Source of the DNA: Dehalococcoidales bacterium
Lineage (GTDB): Bacteria; Chloroflexota; Dehalococcoidia; Dehalococcoidales; UBA5760
NCBI GenBank assembly: GCA_028716225.1
Contig: JAQUQE010000003.1
Coordinates: forward strand, 108,719 to 172,718
Direction of reading: 5' to 3'
DNA length: 64,000 nucleotides
The notes under the pieces are model-generated. The model saw only the letters and a program-made list of their open reading frames with translations, did no database searches and had not been told where the DNA came from. The translations under genes were made by a program, and so were the position numbers. This document shows, piece after piece, positions 9,780-19,048 of this stretch (position 1 is its first letter; each line of letters opens with the position of its first letter).

Positions 9780-11122
9780 AACGGTTCCTTTCTAAACTCT
9801 GTTGATGATCCCGCCCTTCCAAACTTAATCGAACCGTCCTGATAGACCAGTTTGCCCTGCGCGATGGTTGCCAATACCTTTCCCTTCAACCGTGCCCCTT
9901 TGAGGGGAGTGTTCCTGCCCTTTGATGCAAAGGTGTCGGTGTCAACCACCCACTCCATGTCCGGGTCGAAGATGGTCACATCGGCGGGGGCCCCGATATC
10001 CAGGGTGCCCAGTATGCCGTACCTATCGCCGATAATCCGGGCCGGCTCTTGGGTAAGTCTTGCGATAAGAGTGGTCAGGGATAATTCTCCGCCGTGCACC
10101 AGGCCCAGCAGGCTGCCCAAGGCAGTCTCCAGGCCGCTGATGCCGAAGGGAGCCAGGGCGAATTCACCGAGTTTGTCGGCCTCGGTATGAGGAGCGTGGT
10201 CGGTGGCGATGATGTCAATTACGTTATCCTTAAGTCCCTCTAATAGGGCCCTGGTGTCCTGCTTGGTCCTTAGGGGCGGGTTTACCTTGGCATTGGTATC
10301 GTAGCCTATGACCTTCTCTTCGGTTAGGGTCAGGTGGTGCGGTGTAACCTCTGCGGTAACCCTTATCCCCCTCTCTTTGGCGCGGCGAATGAGCTCAACG
10401 GAACCTTCGCTGGAGACGTGGGCGATATGCAGCCGGCCCCCGGTAAGTCGGGCCAGTATCAGGTCGCGGGTGACCATAATCTCCTCGGCGGCGGCCGGTA
10501 TTCCCGGCAGCCCCAGCCTGGCGGAGATATCGCCCTCATTCATCAGACCATCCCTGCTGAGGGTGGTATCCTCGCAGTGGTCGATAATGGGCAGTCCCGA
10601 GCTTAAGCTGAACTCCAGTGCCTGACGCATCAGGCGGGAGGTTGCCACCGGGCTGCCGTCGTCACTGAATCCCACCACCCCGGCTTTGGCCATCTCCTCC
10701 ATATCGACCAGTGCCTCCCCCATCCTCTCTTTGGAGACGCACCCTATCGGCAGCACCCGCACAATGCCCTCCGATGATGCTACTAGATTGACATAATCTA
10801 TTGCTTCTTTGTTATCCAGCGGGGGATTGGTGTTGGGCATACAGCAGATGGTGGTAAAACCGCCCCGCGCCGCTGCCCGGCTGCCGCTGGCGATGGTCTC
10901 TTTCTCCTCGAAACCCGGCTGTCGGAGGTGGCAGTGCAGGTCGATAAACCCGGGGCAGACGACCATCCCGCAGGCGTTGATGACGTCATATTGGGGCAAG
11001 GCCGGCTCTTCTCTGACCGGCCGGGCGATCTTGCTCTCGAGGATGAGCAAATCCCCGATCTTATCTGTCCCCCGTCCGGGGTCGATGATACGTCCTCCCC
11101 GAATAAGCAGCGGCTTCACCAT
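9776..11122 (-). CDS. pyrC: dihydroorotase
   Basis: Metal-binding DLHCHLRQPG and ATDHAPH motifs, 448 aa. Sits within the pyr operon. Confidence 0.92.
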   Translation of the reverse strand: MVKPLLIRGGRIIDPGRGTDKIGDLLILESKIARPVREEPALPQYDVINACGMVVCPGFIDLHCHLRQPGFEEKETIASGSRAAARGGFTTICCMPNTNPPLDNKEAIDYVNLVASSEGIVRVLPIGCVSKERMGEALVDMEEMAKAGVVGFSDDGSPVATSRLMRQALEFSLSSGLPIIDHCEDTTLSRDGLMNEGDISARLGLPGIPAAAEEIMVTRDLILARLTGGRLHIAHVSSEGSVELIRRAKERGIRVTAEVTPHHLTLTEEKVIGYDTNAKVNPPLRTKQDTRALLEGLKDNVIDIIATDHAPHTEADKLGEFALAPFGISGLETALGSLLGLVHGGELSLTTLIARLTQEPARIIGDRYGILGTLDIGAPADVTIFDPDMEWVVDTDTFASKGRNTPLKGARLKGKVLATIAQGKLVYQDGSIKFGRAGSSTEFRKEPL

Positions 11123-12546
11123 TTTTGACCGTCGCTGCTTTTATGGGATACGGTAGCATAGTGACTGGGCTTAAAACCACGGGCCTCGGCTTCATCTGCT
11201 GAATTAAAGACTATCAGGTTCTCCGGTCTGATTGTTCTGGCCCAGTGGCTTTCCGCACTGTGGTATTTCTTGTACTCCGGTGCCCCCTCGTGCCAGTGGG
11301 AACTGGCGACATACTTGGGCTCGAAGCCGTGTTCACAGTAGGTGCATCTTAGTGTCAGCGGCTTAGTGTTGACTATCTTGAATGCCGGTTTGATGTATTT
11401 TGTTTCGCTTTCCTGTACCGAGACGCACCTTGGATTGGGACACTTTAGCCCTAGGTCCTGCCGGTATGCAGGGTAGTCAATCCCGGCAGGGGAGCCGTCC
11501 TTGTCGGGAAGGGCGATCTCCTTAACCCCCAGCAGGAGGGCTATTAATGCCATCCTGACCGGTACCCCTCGGGCTGCTTGCTTGAAGTACATACTCCGTG
11601 GGTCGGCGTCTAGCTCGTAGGCCAGCTCGTCGACACGGGGCAGCGGGTGCATGATAAGGGTTTTCTCAAACTCCTTCTCTTTGAGCAGCTTCTTATCCAC
11701 CACCGGGTATCTCGCCTTCAATCCCTCTCCTTCTTCGCTGGAGGCAAACCTTTCCTTCTGCGGTCGCGTAACGTAGAGGGCATCGACTCCCCTTTTTAGC
11801 TCTACCTGAATGCTGATGTTGGGCATCATTGCCAGCTGGTGCGGGCTGCCCGGTGTGATATATATCGCATCCAGGGGGGAGGTCTTTTCCTTGTCCGACT
11901 GCTCGGAGTCCGCAAGCCTTTCCAGTTCTCCGCCGTATTCCGCGATTAGTTTTTGTATCACGTGCCTGGGTACCTCAAACCCCGGGGTAGGGCAGAACAC
12001 GATATTTGCCCCGAGCTTGGCCAGAGCAAAAATAAGGGAGTGTACCGTCCGTCCGTATTTCAGGTCTCCCCATAGCGCAATCTTCAGGCCCTTGATAATT
12101 TTTCTTTCTTTCTTGATGGTGTAAAGGTCTAACAGGGTCTGAGTGGGGTGCTGGTGACCTCCGTCACCGGCGTTTATCACCGGCACACCGGCATAGTCGG
12201 CAACTACCCTGGCGGACCCTTCCCAGGGGTGGCGGATGACGATTATGTCGGCGTAGCTCCCGACCACCCGTGCCATATCGGCGATACTCTCACCTTTTGC
12301 CAGCGAGGTTGCCTTGGTATCGACCGCACTGATGACGCTGCCCCCGAGCCGGTGCATTGCCGACTCAAAGGATAGCCTGGTTCTGGTGCTGGGCTCAAAG
12401 AAGAGGCTGGCCATGACCTTGCCGCGGCATACGTCGAGCTGCTCCTTCATCGATTGCGACATTTCGTCGGCCAAGTCAAAAACGGCTGCTATTTCTCCGT
12501 TGGACAGGTCATCGATGGTTACCAGGCTTCTACCGGTAAAGTTCAT
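11116..12546 (-). CDS. pyrB: aspartate carbamoyltransferase catalytic chain fused to a PyrI-type zinc domain, plus an extra C-terminal tail
   Basis: ATCase motifs STRTR, HPTQ and HPLPR. After about residue 345 there is a PyrI Zn-domain-like segment (KCPNPRCVS...LRCTYCEH), then an unassigned His-rich tail of about 60 aa. No separate pyrI ORF is present. Confidence 0.85.
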   Translation of the reverse strand: MNFTGRSLVTIDDLSNGEIAAVFDLADEMSQSMKEQLDVCRGKVMASLFFEPSTRTRLSFESAMHRLGGSVISAVDTKATSLAKGESIADMARVVGSYADIIVIRHPWEGSARVVADYAGVPVINAGDGGHQHPTQTLLDLYTIKKERKIIKGLKIALWGDLKYGRTVHSLIFALAKLGANIVFCPTPGFEVPRHVIQKLIAEYGGELERLADSEQSDKEKTSPLDAIYITPGSPHQLAMMPNISIQVELKRGVDALYVTRPQKERFASSEEGEGLKARYPVVDKKLLKEKEFEKTLIMHPLPRVDELAYELDADPRSMYFKQAARGVPVRMALIALLLGVKEIALPDKDGSPAGIDYPAYRQDLGLKCPNPRCVSVQESETKYIKPAFKIVNTKPLTLRCTYCEHGFEPKYVASSHWHEGAPEYKKYHSAESHWARTIRPENLIVFNSADEAEARGFKPSHYATVSHKSSDGQKW

Positions 12547-13133
12547 CGCAACTCCTTTTGCAGCAGTATACCATTTTTTATTCCGACAGGTCTGTCCGCG
12601 GTCGGGCTGGTGATGGTTACTTCATCCGCTCCGTCAGTCTCCTCAAGCCGGACCTTCACCTCTTCATCTCTGGAGCTCGGGATGTTTTTTCCGGTATAGT
12701 CAGCCCGTATCGGCATTTCACGGTGGCCGCGGTCAATCAGAGTCGCCAGCTGGACCTGCCGGGGGCGTCCCAGGTCGATCAGGGCGTCCATAGCGGCCCG
12801 GACGCTGCGTCCGGTATAGAGGACATCGTCAACCAGCACTATGGACTTGCCGTCGATACTGACTACGGTGTCAACACGTTGTGCAAGCGGTTTTATTTCC
12901 GTGGGTAAGATGTCATCCCGGTAGGGGTCAATATCCAGGGCGGAAACAGGCGGTTTTAGCCCGCTGAATTTTGCTATCAGGGAGGCTAGTCTTTGCGCTA
13001 TAGGAACGCCGCGGGTGCGGATGCCGACCAGTACCAGGTCTTCGAGGGTCATGTTTCGCTCGATGATTTCGTGGGCGATACGTACCAGGGTGCGCTTGAT
13101 GTCCTCTGCGGTCATTAGGATTTTCCGGGACAT
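12543..13133 (-). CDS. pyrR: bifunctional pyrimidine operon regulator / uracil phosphoribosyltransferase
   Basis: PRTase motif ([17 protein letters not shown]) and the PyrR N-terminus ([21 protein letters not shown]). Overlaps the pyrB start (ATGA). Confidence 0.92.
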   Translation of the reverse strand: MSRKILMTAEDIKRTLVRIAHEIIERNMTLEDLVLVGIRTRGVPIAQRLASLIAKFSGLKPPVSALDIDPYRDDILPTEIKPLAQRVDTVVSIDGKSIVLVDDVLYTGRSVRAAMDALIDLGRPRQVQLATLIDRGHREMPIRADYTGKNIPSSRDEEVKVRLEETDGADEVTITSPTADRPVGIKNGILLQKELR

Positions 13134-13225
13134 AAAAATAACCCCCTGCCCTGAGCGGCAAGAGGGTTATCCAGCTTGCGTTATCTTCTTTTTCCCCTTG
13201 CCAGCCTCACCGGACCAGCTTAAAG
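13134..13225 (-). promoter_or_regulatory. PyrR-responsive leader: PyrR-binding-loop-like motif plus a terminator/SD-sequestering hairpin
   Basis: The minus strand reads ..CUUUAAGCUGGUCCGGUGAGGCUGGCAAGGGG.. (13194-13225). This resembles the PyrR loop consensus GUCCAGAGAGGCU in 11 of 13 positions. It is followed by hairpin AUAACCCUCU..AGGGGGUUAU (13138-13170), then UUUU and the pyrR AUG. The 3' arm contains the SD. Confidence 0.65.
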
Positions 13226-13244
13226 GTTCGTCATTTAGAACAAT

Positions 13245-13274
13245 ATTATAGCATAGTTGATGATGCTATTGCAA
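13245..13274 (-). promoter_or_regulatory. sigma70-type promoter of the pyr operon
   Basis: Minus strand TTGCAA (13269-13274), 18-nt spacer, TATAAT (13245-13250). Confidence 0.55.
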
Positions 13275-13329
13275 GATTCTGTAGCTAGGTAACATAAACT
13301 ACCTGGGATCAGATCAGGCACTCAGTCCA

Positions 13330-13749
13330 TTACCGGATGCCGGTATCGATATGGACATCGATGGTAATCGTCTCATCAGCGGCTACTGTTATCTTATCTG
13401 GCAGATTATCGGCAGTATCCATGCCTATGTGGTTTATATCTATGGTATAAGTACCGGGCGCTAGTTGGGCGGTATAGTAGCCGGTGGCTCCATTGCCTAT
13501 CTGTGTAAAGTAGACCTCCCGCACTAGATGCTTACCAGACTCGTCGTAGATCAATAGCTTCCGGGCGGCAAAGACGTCCGGGGACACCGGAGAACATTCG
13601 CCCGGCTTTTCTACCGGACTAATCGGTCCGATAGTTACTGCTCCCTGTAAAAGAACTGTCTCCGGTCTCAACTCCTGCTGGCAGGATACAGCTAGAAGGC
13701 TAACCGCCATTAAGCACACAATAGTGAGCATCTTACGCCGTTTCTTCAT
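13330..13749 (-). CDS. small secreted lipoprotein, unknown function
   Basis: Signal peptide with a lipobox (MKKRRKMLTIVCLMAVSLLAVS-C). A GGAGG SD lies 7 nt before ATG 13749. The rest looks like a beta-sandwich (YTAQLAPGTYTIDI). Confidence 0.6.
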   Translation of the reverse strand: MKKRRKMLTIVCLMAVSLLAVSCQQELRPETVLLQGAVTIGPISPVEKPGECSPVSPDVFAARKLLIYDESGKHLVREVYFTQIGNGATGYYTAQLAPGTYTIDINHIGMDTADNLPDKITVAADETITIDVHIDTGIR

Positions 13750-13922
13750 AACAACCTCCACGTTTCAGAAAACCGCTATTACCTGTAATTCTCTTATTTC
13801 GTCCTGCTTTTGAAATACTATATCAAACGGAGCGATACCCCCAAATATTCCGATTGCACAAAACGATGAAAGGTGACCGCTTGAGTTAAACCCGCTGCAC
13901 TACTCAGGCAGGCGAGCTATTT

Positions 13923-14663
13923 CTACGTCCATTGGATTACTCGGCTTGACCAAGCTTCCTGGATCCCTTCCGCAAGCCCTGATTGCTTAGGTTCTCTAAT
14001 GTTAAGCGACCGATCTAAGGTCTTTGTATCAAACTCTCGGAGAAAGTGACATTGCTTCCGGAAATCCAGTATGGTTTTCCTAGTACCTCCATAAAGAACA
14101 TAATCCAATAGTCTGGCATAGGGATCTAACTGTCCCCTGGTATGCTGGCAGACCCGCGTAAAAAATGTTTCCATCTGCTTCTCGCGATGTCGCGCAAATC
14201 GTTGGGACGAAGAGCCCCCCTGACGGTGGCGGGAATGTACCAGGCCTGTGCCAACCTTGCTGGAAAGCAAGTTCTCACCCTGAAAAACGCCAATACCATA
14301 TGCCCCGAGCCTTACAATTACCATACCTAGAAGAAATTCATGATGCATAAGTAAATAAAGAGGTTTAATTTGACAGGTTTTGGAAACACTTTCTTCAGCC
14401 ACAGGGAATGGGGGCATGACCAGATACCGGTGATGTGGCCCCCAAAAAAGTATTCCCCCCGTCCGGGACTCCGCAATTAAGTTAGATAGGTCTTCAGGTA
14501 TTGTCTTCATATCCAGTATCGTTTCCATCATACCTTCTATACTTGCTTTTAAAGACTTTGGCCGAATGTATAAAGAACCGACCTCTATGGAGTTGGTCTT
14601 TAATTCCTCCAGTAAATGCAATAATTTTACCTTAGTTAAATTGTACCGTCTGATAGATGCCAT
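13923..14663 (-). CDS. acVLRF1 (Vms1/ANKZF1-like, eRF1-fold) peptidyl-tRNA hydrolase family protein
   Basis: 246 aa. The diagnostic loop HRQGGSSSQRFARHREKQ matches the GG(x)SQxRFxRxRE motif of the VLRF1 clade, which carries the catalytic Gln. The flanks look like an eRF1-type central domain (GIGVFQGENLLSSKV). Confidence 0.7.
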   Translation of the reverse strand: MASIRRYNLTKVKLLHLLEELKTNSIEVGSLYIRPKSLKASIEGMMETILDMKTIPEDLSNLIAESRTGGILFWGPHHRYLVMPPFPVAEESVSKTCQIKPLYLLMHHEFLLGMVIVRLGAYGIGVFQGENLLSSKVGTGLVHSRHRQGGSSSQRFARHREKQMETFFTRVCQHTRGQLDPYARLLDYVLYGGTRKTILDFRKQCHFLREFDTKTLDRSLNIREPKQSGLAEGIQEAWSSRVIQWT

Positions 14664-15065
14664 TCTTCCTCCTGACTATTGGTTCCCCGACACGAGCATA
14701 AGTCTGGCTACTTGTGGATAACTACAATTTTACCATGTAGCGTTTTTCATAGTGTCGCCATCTGAATGCAAGGGTTATACGGTGGAAACTACGGCGGGCG
14801 GAATTATTAGGGCTCATCCAGTCAAAGCGATTATCTCCCGAAGTTTTATGAGCAAAGCTATTAGGATGATGAATGTTTGCCTAAGTATTAAATAAGGCGG
14901 GCACTTTTCATATTCCCTAAACAAGAAGATGAATTGTATCGTGATTTGATTAAAGAGTTTTCTCTGTGTCGTGCTTGGCAATATTTATCTCACCCTCTTA
15001 ATGTATCTTGAAAATCCGACTAAAAGGTAATACTATGATAGCAAAATAACAAAGGGAGGTGAACC

Positions 15066-15209
15066 GTGGGGAAAATAGCTACTATCCTTGGTCTTATAGG
15101 TGCTATCTTGATTGCTGCAGGCGGATTTGCTCATAGCATGAATGTTGTAGGAGGAGGGGGCATACTGCTCGTAGTCTGTTTCATACTCTGGTTTATGGGT
15201 AAGAAGTAA
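15066..15209 (+). CDS. 47-aa two-TM mini-protein (candidate; absent from the ORF track because it is under 60 aa)
   Basis: AGGGAGGTG SD 4-5 nt before GTG 15066. Translation is VGKIATILGLIGAILIAAGGFAHSMNVVGGGGILLVVCFILWFMGKK*, two hydrophobic helices joined by a Gly-rich turn. Confidence 0.45.
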   Translation: MGKIATILGLIGAILIAAGGFAHSMNVVGGGGILLVVCFILWFMGKK

Positions 15210-15290
15210 AAAGCTAAGCTGAAAGTTAGGATCCACGGGTTAGCTATCCTGCGACGTTCACTTAAATAATGTATAGAGGAGTAAACAATC

Positions 15291-16478
15291 TTGAAAATTA
15301 CCAGCGTGGAAATTTGGGATACCAAAAGCAGTTTGAAGCCCACCTGGCCTACCTGGCATCCTGTCATCATCCGTATTAATACCGATGAGGGCATCAGTGG
15401 CCTGGGGGAAGTCGGCCTGGCTTTTGGCACCGGTCATTCGGGTGGTGCAGGATATGTAAAGAATCTTGCCGAGAGTTTCCTTATCGGCGCTGACCCTATG
15501 AGAACGGAAAAGATATGGGAAGATATGTTCCGCAAAACCTTCTGGGCTCAGGGTGGCGGCCCTGTGGTTTATGGCGGTATGAGTGCTATCGATATCGCCT
15601 GCTGGGATATCAGGGGCAAGGCCATGAATCAACCTATTTATCAGCTGCTCGGAGGCAAGACTAACGAAAGCCTGCGGGCTTATGCCAGTCAGATCCAATT
15701 CGGCTGGGACTACGAAAAGGTTATGCTGCTCTCTCAACCTGAGGAGTATGCCGAAGCGGCCAGAATTGCTGTAGCCGAAGGTTATGATTGCGTTAAAATC
15801 GACCCTGTTATGGCTGATGAGAACGGCCGGCCTGTGTTCAACCTGAACAAAATCTTGACCAATGATACCATCCGTATGCTCTACCGGAGAATCAAGGCGG
15901 TTCGTGAAGCCGTTGGTGAAGATGTCGATATCATTTTGGAATTACACGGACTTCCTAACGTTACCAGTGCCATTCAGATGGGCAGAGTCTGGGAGGAATT
16001 CCACTGCATGTGCTATGAAGAAGCTGTAAACTACTGCAATGTCGATCTACAGGCCAAGGTTGCCCATAACGTTAAGATACCGATGGCTGCCGGTGAGCGA
16101 ATTTACACCCGCTGGGGATACCGCCAGTATTTCGAGAAGCAGATACTGGATATGATTCAGCCGGACCTTTGCCTGGTGGGTGGCATCACCGAGGGTAAGA
16201 AAATCTGTGATTATGCCCATACCTATGACATTACCGTCCAGATTCACACCTGTGGCAGTCCCATTACGACCGCGGCAGCCCTGCAACTGGAAGCGGTCAT
16301 ACCGAACTTCCAGATTCACGAGCATCATACCTTCGCTCTGAAAAGGGCAAACCGGGAATACTGCCTCCAGGATTACCAGCCGGTGAATGGCCGGTACACT
16401 ACTCCGGATCTACCAGGGCTGGGTCTTGAGCTAAACGAGGAGGTTATCTCCAGGTCTCCTTGTGTGTTGGTGAAATAG
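15291..16478 (+). CDS. enolase-superfamily enzyme (mandelate racemase/muconate lactonizing family, acid-sugar dehydratase-like)
   Basis: 395 aa with a TTG start. N-terminal capping domain (MKITSVEIW..), then barrel features (DCVKIDP, DIILELHG, MCYEEA, AAGERIY, QPDLCLVGGITE, HTCGSP). Confidence 0.8.
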   Translation: MKITSVEIWDTKSSLKPTWPTWHPVIIRINTDEGISGLGEVGLAFGTGHSGGAGYVKNLAESFLIGADPMRTEKIWEDMFRKTFWAQGGGPVVYGGMSAIDIACWDIRGKAMNQPIYQLLGGKTNESLRAYASQIQFGWDYEKVMLLSQPEEYAEAARIAVAEGYDCVKIDPVMADENGRPVFNLNKILTNDTIRMLYRRIKAVREAVGEDVDIILELHGLPNVTSAIQMGRVWEEFHCMCYEEAVNYCNVDLQAKVAHNVKIPMAAGERIYTRWGYRQYFEKQILDMIQPDLCLVGGITEGKKICDYAHTYDITVQIHTCGSPITTAAALQLEAVIPNFQIHEHHTFALKRANREYCLQDYQPVNGRYTTPDLPGLGLELNEEVISRSPCVLVK

Positions 16479-16560
16479 ATGTGACGCTGCTTTTCAAGAT
16501 AATGCAAAACAGCGGCGGCTAATCATTATCAATTTCAAGCAATCGTCATGTCTAAGTTAT

Positions 16561-16613
16561 GTTCGCTAACGCAGATTGTGCTCCATTTTTTGTGATAGTC
16601 TGCGTTAGTGAAC
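16561..16613. terminator. 15-bp imperfect inverted repeat between convergent genes (possible bidirectional terminator)
   Basis: GTTCGCTAACGCAGA - 23 nt - TCTGCGTTAGTGAAC, with one mismatch and a T-rich loop. Lies between the enolase-family stop (16478) and the CrtI-like stop (16654). Confidence 0.4.
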
Positions 16614-16653
16614 TTTGACTCAAAAAGTTGGATTTAGAGAAACATAACGATGA

Positions 16654-18150
16654 TTATTCCGAAATAACGAACTTCTTCCCTTCGTTCTTACAGATGCGCC
16701 GAATGGTTGTCTTTCCTGAGTTGGCATTATCGAAGAGGGAACCCATCATGGTGGCCCACACTCCAACAAAGTAGAAATTGGATAGCCCCGGTAGTGTTGT
16801 CTTGAATTTCTTATCCGAAAGCTCTGCCTTCATGCTGAATTCAAACTTCCTATTCGGGAAATTGAACCACCCCTGGGTTCCTCCCATATAGTGCTCCCAC
16901 GTCATCAGAGTCGAGACGTCGATAACCTCTACTTGGTTCCTCAGCCCCGGGAAGTGATTATCCAGGATGTCGATTACCTGTTCAGCGACCTGCCGCTTCT
17001 GCTCTCTATATTCGTCTCTGTTACCATTGTAGAACTGTTTCCAGTAGGTGTAGCTGGCCGGAAGCTCAACCTTTATGGTGCCCTTACCGGTCGGGGCCAT
17101 GCTTTTGTCGAAACCGTATAGCTGCGCCTCAATGCTCTCGTATTTGTGGTTGGCTATAGTCACCGGCTGTTCGAGCAACAATACCAGGGACGAAGGCTCG
17201 GCGGTTAAGTCACGATTAACCCCCAGAAAAACGTCAATAGCAAAGGGAGTTTCATCGGCCAATGGTGTGCAGTAGTCACGCACGGTATCGTTTATGTACT
17301 TGCCATCCAGCATATTGAGAATCGTCTTACGCCCGTCGGCGTTCGAGATAACAATGTCCGCCCTATAATCGCTCCCGTCAGCAAGCTTGATCCCTACCGC
17401 TTTGTCGTTCTCAACCAGAATCTTCTCGACCTGACTGCTGTAGTGTAACGTTCCTCCCAAAGCCAGGTAACGCCTCTCGATAGATTTCGCAAATTCAGCG
17501 GCTCCACCCACCGGCCATTTAATGTCACCGTTTAATCCTCCGGCATGCCTTAGAAGGTGAAAAATAAAGGGGGCATCCGGGTTTGCATAGACGAGGAGGG
17601 CAAATGCTTTTTTGAGAAAGAGGTCGGAGAACCGTTCCGCAAAACGGCGCATGTCCATCTTCATCCATTTTCGTACGGAAAGCATTGCAGGAAATCTTAG
17701 CATCATTGCCCGGATTGAACCCCCAAGCATAGTATCGCCGATTTTACTCTTGGAAAATGCCTCGATAGCACCCACATATTGCTTAATTGCCTTTGAGTCT
17801 GCCGGAGACAACTTGAGTAGAGTCTCTTCCAGCCTCTCAAGATCGTAATAATCTATGAACATTTTTCCGTCCGGCGAGACGACGGCCGTACAAGCTTCGA
17901 CAGTTACCAGTTCTCGAGGCATCGCGCCAAGTTCGTGCCACAGCCGATACGCACTCGAGTCCGGCTTGCAGCCGAAGAAATGGTGCATGCAGGCGTCGAA
18001 GGTGTAGCCCTTGCGTCTCCATGAGGTACATTGCCCTCCCGGTTTGGTGTGCATCTCAAAAATCTGGGTGTCGTAGCCGTTAATCTGACCATAGATCCCG
18101 GCAGCCATACCACCCATACCAGATCCGATTATGATTATTGACTTGGCCAT
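16654..18150 (-). CDS. FAD-dependent oxidoreductase, phytoene desaturase (CrtI)-like family
   Basis: Dinucleotide-binding N-terminus MAKSIIIIGSGMGGMAAG...E....PGG. The ORF opens at 18291, but a GGAAGGAAG SD precedes ATG 18150. About 498 aa, typical of CrtI-family proteins. Confidence 0.75.
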   Translation of the reverse strand: MAKSIIIIGSGMGGMAAGIYGQINGYDTQIFEMHTKPGGQCTSWRRKGYTFDACMHHFFGCKPDSSAYRLWHELGAMPRELVTVEACTAVVSPDGKMFIDYYDLERLEETLLKLSPADSKAIKQYVGAIEAFSKSKIGDTMLGGSIRAMMLRFPAMLSVRKWMKMDMRRFAERFSDLFLKKAFALLVYANPDAPFIFHLLRHAGGLNGDIKWPVGGAAEFAKSIERRYLALGGTLHYSSQVEKILVENDKAVGIKLADGSDYRADIVISNADGRKTILNMLDGKYINDTVRDYCTPLADETPFAIDVFLGVNRDLTAEPSSLVLLLEQPVTIANHKYESIEAQLYGFDKSMAPTGKGTIKVELPASYTYWKQFYNGNRDEYREQKRQVAEQVIDILDNHFPGLRNQVEVIDVSTLMTWEHYMGGTQGWFNFPNRKFEFSMKAELSDKKFKTTLPGLSNFYFVGVWATMMGSLFDNANSGKTTIRRICKNEGKKFVISE

Positions 18151-18208
18151 TGATCTTCCTTCCAGAGTCTTGTTTTGGCGACCGTAATAATCCTGCTCTG
18201 CCAGGGGT

Positions 18209-18709
18209 TTAGGGTAGTGTGATCCGGGATGCAAAGTCTGCCACTTTCTTTTGCCAGCCCTCTTCCAGTGGCCCCTTGATATCGGTAACATAAATCTTGC
18301 CCTCGGTGACCTTGACCAGACCCTTTTCCTGCAGCATCTTATTCATGATGGGAATCACGCGTTGCCACCTGCACTGTTCCTCATCGGGAGGTATCCTTCC
18401 CGTCTTTTTGTCTGGCTTAGGCGCGGGCTCGGTGGTAAGGATCGCATATTTGGCGCCTGGCGGCAAGGCAGCCTTTTTCAAGAAACTCCGCATGTCGCCG
18501 ATGGGCCTACCCATGCGACCGGGTGAGCTGAACAAATATAGGTCGGCTGGTGGGATCTCATTCGGTTTCACATCCCGCACGTGATGGACGCCGACCTTGA
18601 CTCCCCTGGCTTCCATCTGCTTCTCAAATTCTTCAGCGACCATGGCTCCATTTCCATAGTGTGAAGCGTGAAAATACTCTATCTTCATAGCTGCGGAGCT
18701 TCCTACCAT
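18209..18709 (-). CDS. flavodoxin-like protein
   Basis: MKIEYFHASHYGNGAMVAEEF..ADLYLFSSPGRMG resembles a flavodoxin-fold FMN-binding N-terminus. A GGAGGG SD precedes ATG 18709 (alternatives are 18688 or the full ORF to 18838). Co-directional with, and 58 nt upstream of, the CrtI-like gene. Confidence 0.5.
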   Translation of the reverse strand: MVGSSAAMKIEYFHASHYGNGAMVAEEFEKQMEARGVKVGVHHVRDVKPNEIPPADLYLFSSPGRMGRPIGDMRSFLKKAALPPGAKYAILTTEPAPKPDKKTGRIPPDEEQCRWQRVIPIMNKMLQEKGLVKVTEGKIYVTDIKGPLEEGWQKKVADFASRITLP

Positions 18710-19048
18710 CAAGGTTCCCTCCATTAGTTCCATCGCTTGTCGCGGATTTCCTGGTCTCCGGTCCGCAAGTATTGTGCTACTCAAAATGCTGCCAGCTATT
18801 AGTAGAATTATTATTTCATAACACGATAAATGCATCAAATCTTAAAGCTAAGCCATATCGTGAGCAAGCAGACATCTTGTTCGTTAAGGGTAACAATCTA
18901 GCGATTTGTATGTATGGCTGAAACCGTAATAAAATGGAATGGATTAATATAGTATAGACTGAATGCAGCCGGGATTAAGCCGAATATTTTTCATTTCGAA
19001 GGGTTGCAGCACTATGAAAATTACCATATCTATACACGAAGAGGGCAA

